The notes beneath the pieces are model-generated. The model worked only from the letters and a program-made list of their open reading frames with translations. It was not told where the DNA came from and ran no database searches. Below are positions 39,478 through 41,469 of a stretch of DNA of 41,469 bases, piece by piece; within the stretch, counting starts at the first letter, position 1, and the number at the start of each line of letters is the position of its first letter. This DNA comes from Nitrososphaeria archaeon (GTDB lineage: Archaea > Thermoproteota > Nitrososphaeria > Geothermarchaeales > JDFR-13), in NCBI GenBank assembly GCA_027047855.1, contig JALTTZ010000140.1:1-41469 (forward strand). Reading direction: 5' to 3'. A program made the translations under genes and the position numbers.

Positions 39478-40623
39478 ATGAAGAACAACATACGAATAAA
39501 ATTTGTTGAGAGACTGGATTTGGGTGAACTTGCAACATTTGTACCTAATAAAGATAAACCTATACATAACTGGTTCCACTTCAAAGAAGGCTTCTCAAGA
39601 GACTTGGTAGCATACATACTGAATAAACATCTAAACGAAAAGAAAATCACTGTCTTAGATCCTTTCACAGGCGTAGGCACAACACCCCTAACATGTAGAG
39701 AGATTGGGATACCATCTATAGGCATAGAAGTCAATCCCCTATTCCATTTCATTGCAAATGCAAAGACACGAATCTATAACCCAAATAATTTGAGAAGATG
39801 GATAGAATGGATATCTAAACAGAAGTATAGACCTGTAGATACAAGCAATATACACCCACTAGTAAAGAAAGCCTTCAATATCCATAATCTACGGGACATC
39901 CTCTTCTTCAAGAAGATAATATCATCAGTAGAGGATGAAGAAGCCAGAACATTTCTCTTAATGGGTTTAATAAATGCAGCCTCAAAGGTCACCTACGCAT
40001 ATAAAGACGGAGCTATAATAAGATTCAGACCAAAACCCACACCACCCTTCAGAAAAATTTACCTTAGAACATTAAGGAAGATGATAAGGGACATAGAAAG
40101 AGTGGAGCTAAAACCAGTAGATACAACGATATACTTAGGTGATGCCAGAAAAATGGACATGATTGACGATGAATCAATAGACTTGATAATAACCTCACCC
40201 CCATACTTAAACAAAATAGAATACACTAAAGTCTATGAAATAGAAACTAGGCTATTCCTAGGAGAGAACAAAGTGATACCGTTGAGAAGTTATATCGGAC
40301 TAATAACTAGAAAGCATTATCCAGAACTACCAATAGATACTACCGATATGCCAAAGAGCGCCCAAGCATATTTCCATGACTTATGGCAAGTAATAAAAGA
40401 GTTGAACAGAGTAATGAAAGACGACGCATACGCATACATAGTTGTGGCCGAAGGCCTCTACAGAGACAGAAAAATCCCAGTAGACGAAATATTAGCAGAA
40501 ATGGCAATAAAAGAGGGATTCAGAAAAGCGGAAATATGGATAGTCAATAAGAGAATAGTAACTATCGAACGCACAATAAAACTTGGCACAGCTAGAGAGA
40601 GTATAATAAGAATTGTTAAATGA
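39478..40623 (+). CDS. SAM-dependent DNA methyltransferase-like protein (N4-cytosine or N6-adenine type), motif order I ... IV
   Basis: SAM motif I (VLDPFTGVGTTPLTCREIGIPSIGIEVNP) begins at nt ~39658. The catalytic motif IV (DLIITSPPYLNKIEY) is at nt 40195-40206, ~180 aa later. No adjacent nuclease gene. Confidence 0.7.
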   Translation: MKNNIRIKFVERLDLGELATFVPNKDKPIHNWFHFKEGFSRDLVAYILNKHLNEKKITVLDPFTGVGTTPLTCREIGIPSIGIEVNPLFHFIANAKTRIYNPNNLRRWIEWISKQKYRPVDTSNIHPLVKKAFNIHNLRDILFFKKIISSVEDEEARTFLLMGLINAASKVTYAYKDGAIIRFRPKPTPPFRKIYLRTLRKMIRDIERVELKPVDTTIYLGDARKMDMIDDESIDLIITSPPYLNKIEYTKVYEIETRLFLGENKVIPLRSYIGLITRKHYPELPIDTTDMPKSAQAYFHDLWQVIKELNRVMKDDAYAYIVVAEGLYRDRKIPVDEILAEMAIKEGFRKAEIWIVNKRIVTIERTIKLGTARESIIRIVK

Positions 40624-40650
40624 AACACAACAATAAAGAAAATATTCTAC

Positions 40651-41352
40651 TCAAACACGTTCCAAAATAACTACCTCAATTCCACTGCCCCTCAAGATAT
40701 CCCTAAACCGCTCCGCCTCGGACCTACCCGCAATTATCTCTCCCCAATGCATTGGAACAACAATCTTAGGTTTAATGATCTTTGCGGCTTTAGCTGCCTC
40801 CTCTGCAGTCATGACATAAGTCCCACTAACAGGAAGAAGCGCAACATCGACATTATACTTACCTAATTTACTGTATTCCGGTATATTATCAGAGTCACCA
40901 GCATGAAATATCTTTACACCACCAATGTTTACCAAGTAACCCAATTTTCCATCCTCCTTAGGATGAAAAGGAACCCCAGGAGCCCTAAACTTATTTACAT
41001 TGTATGCAGGTATACCAAGAATATCAAAACCAAACTCATCGGATTTGTATTCACCCCAAGGCTCTAGAAAGACTCCCCTACAATTAAACTCAAGCTCAAC
41101 ACCACTAAGTTCCTTAGGTCCAACAATTAGCGTCCTATCCTTAACAATCTTCCTCACGTCTTCCTTGCTATAGTGATCAAAGTGATTATGCGTAATCAGA
41201 ACAACGTCAGCCTTCACTGGTGAAACTAGTCTGAATGGATCGACATACATAACTGTCTTCCCATGCTCTATCCTAAATCCATCATGGCCTGTCCAGAATA
41301 ATTTTATACCGCCAACCTCTAGATATTTCACACCCAACACCCAAAAAAACAT
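40651..41352 (-). CDS. metallo-beta-lactamase-fold metal-dependent hydrolase (UPF0173-like)
   Basis: FWTGHDGFRIE, the MBL motif VVLITHNHFDH, and FHAGDS. ~230 aa. Confidence 0.85.
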   Translation of the reverse strand: MFFWVLGVKYLEVGGIKLFWTGHDGFRIEHGKTVMYVDPFRLVSPVKADVVLITHNHFDHYSKEDVRKIVKDRTLIVGPKELSGVELEFNCRGVFLEPWGEYKSDEFGFDILGIPAYNVNKFRAPGVPFHPKEDGKLGYLVNIGGVKIFHAGDSDNIPEYSKLGKYNVDVALLPVSGTYVMTAEEAAKAAKIIKPKIVVPMHWGEIIAGRSEAERFRDILRGSGIEVVILERV

Positions 41353-41469
41353 TGACTAAATCTGAAATTTATATCTTGATTATTAAATCAACAAAAATAA
41401 ATAATTAGTTAAAGACATTAGTAATTTATTGAGTTAATGGATATACATATTTATAACATAGTTATAGGC

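Noticed and set aside
38357-39752. Minus-strand ORFs of 123, 113, 104 and 83 aa overlapping the DHH, pncA and methyltransferase genes
   Set aside because: Each is fully overlapped by a plus-strand gene with diagnostic catalytic motifs. None has a motif or plausible start context of its own.
39478-41352. Methyltransferase plus MBL-fold hydrolase as a restriction-modification pair
   Set aside because: The MBL protein is a small UPF0173-type hydrolase widely conserved in archaea. It is convergently transcribed and lacks any nuclease or DNA-binding motif I can see.

Overview
Dense, AT-rich chromosomal segment, roughly nine-tenths coding. It reads as the core genome of a hyperthermophilic archaeon, probably crenarchaeote/Thermoprotei-like. 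Supporting evidence: a tungsten-type aldehyde:ferredoxin oxidoreductase, a two-subunit 2-oxoacid:ferredoxin oxidoreductase, archaeal-type TrpRS, myo-inositol-1-phosphate synthase, TATA-box-like promoters, frequent TTG/GTG starts, 1-16 nt gene overlaps and purine-rich coding strands. I support 38 protein-coding genes. By eye I found no rRNA, tRNA, CRISPR array, integrase, transposase or other mobile element, but no covariance-model scan could be run. Most genes are housekeeping: serS, pyrG, dcd, trpS, thrB-thrC, thiI, pncA, nfi, Moco/W-cofactor genes, aminotransferases and OFOR. The best candidate for an uncharacterised system is a seven-gene, translationally coupled operon at about 10.45-16.9 kb. 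It is built around a MoxR AAA+ ATPase and a DUF58 (vWA-like) protein. The other five products are all membrane proteins: a DUF4129-like and a DUF4350-like bitopic protein with large, sequon-rich extracellular domains, one polytopic protein and two tiny 2-TM proteins. Secondary points of interest: a MoaD-like beta-grasp domain fused in frame to MoaC with a disrupted Gly-Gly terminus; an orphan SPPY DNA-methyltransferase-like gene with motif order I...IV and no nuclease partner; a divergent pair of family-less ORFs; a co-directional thiI / nucleotidyltransferase / PflX-type radical-SAM cluster; and a 12-bp perfect inverted repeat plus 5'-UTR hairpin upstream of the inositol-phosphate synthase gene. 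All family assignments come from motif recognition by eye and need HMM or BLAST confirmation.
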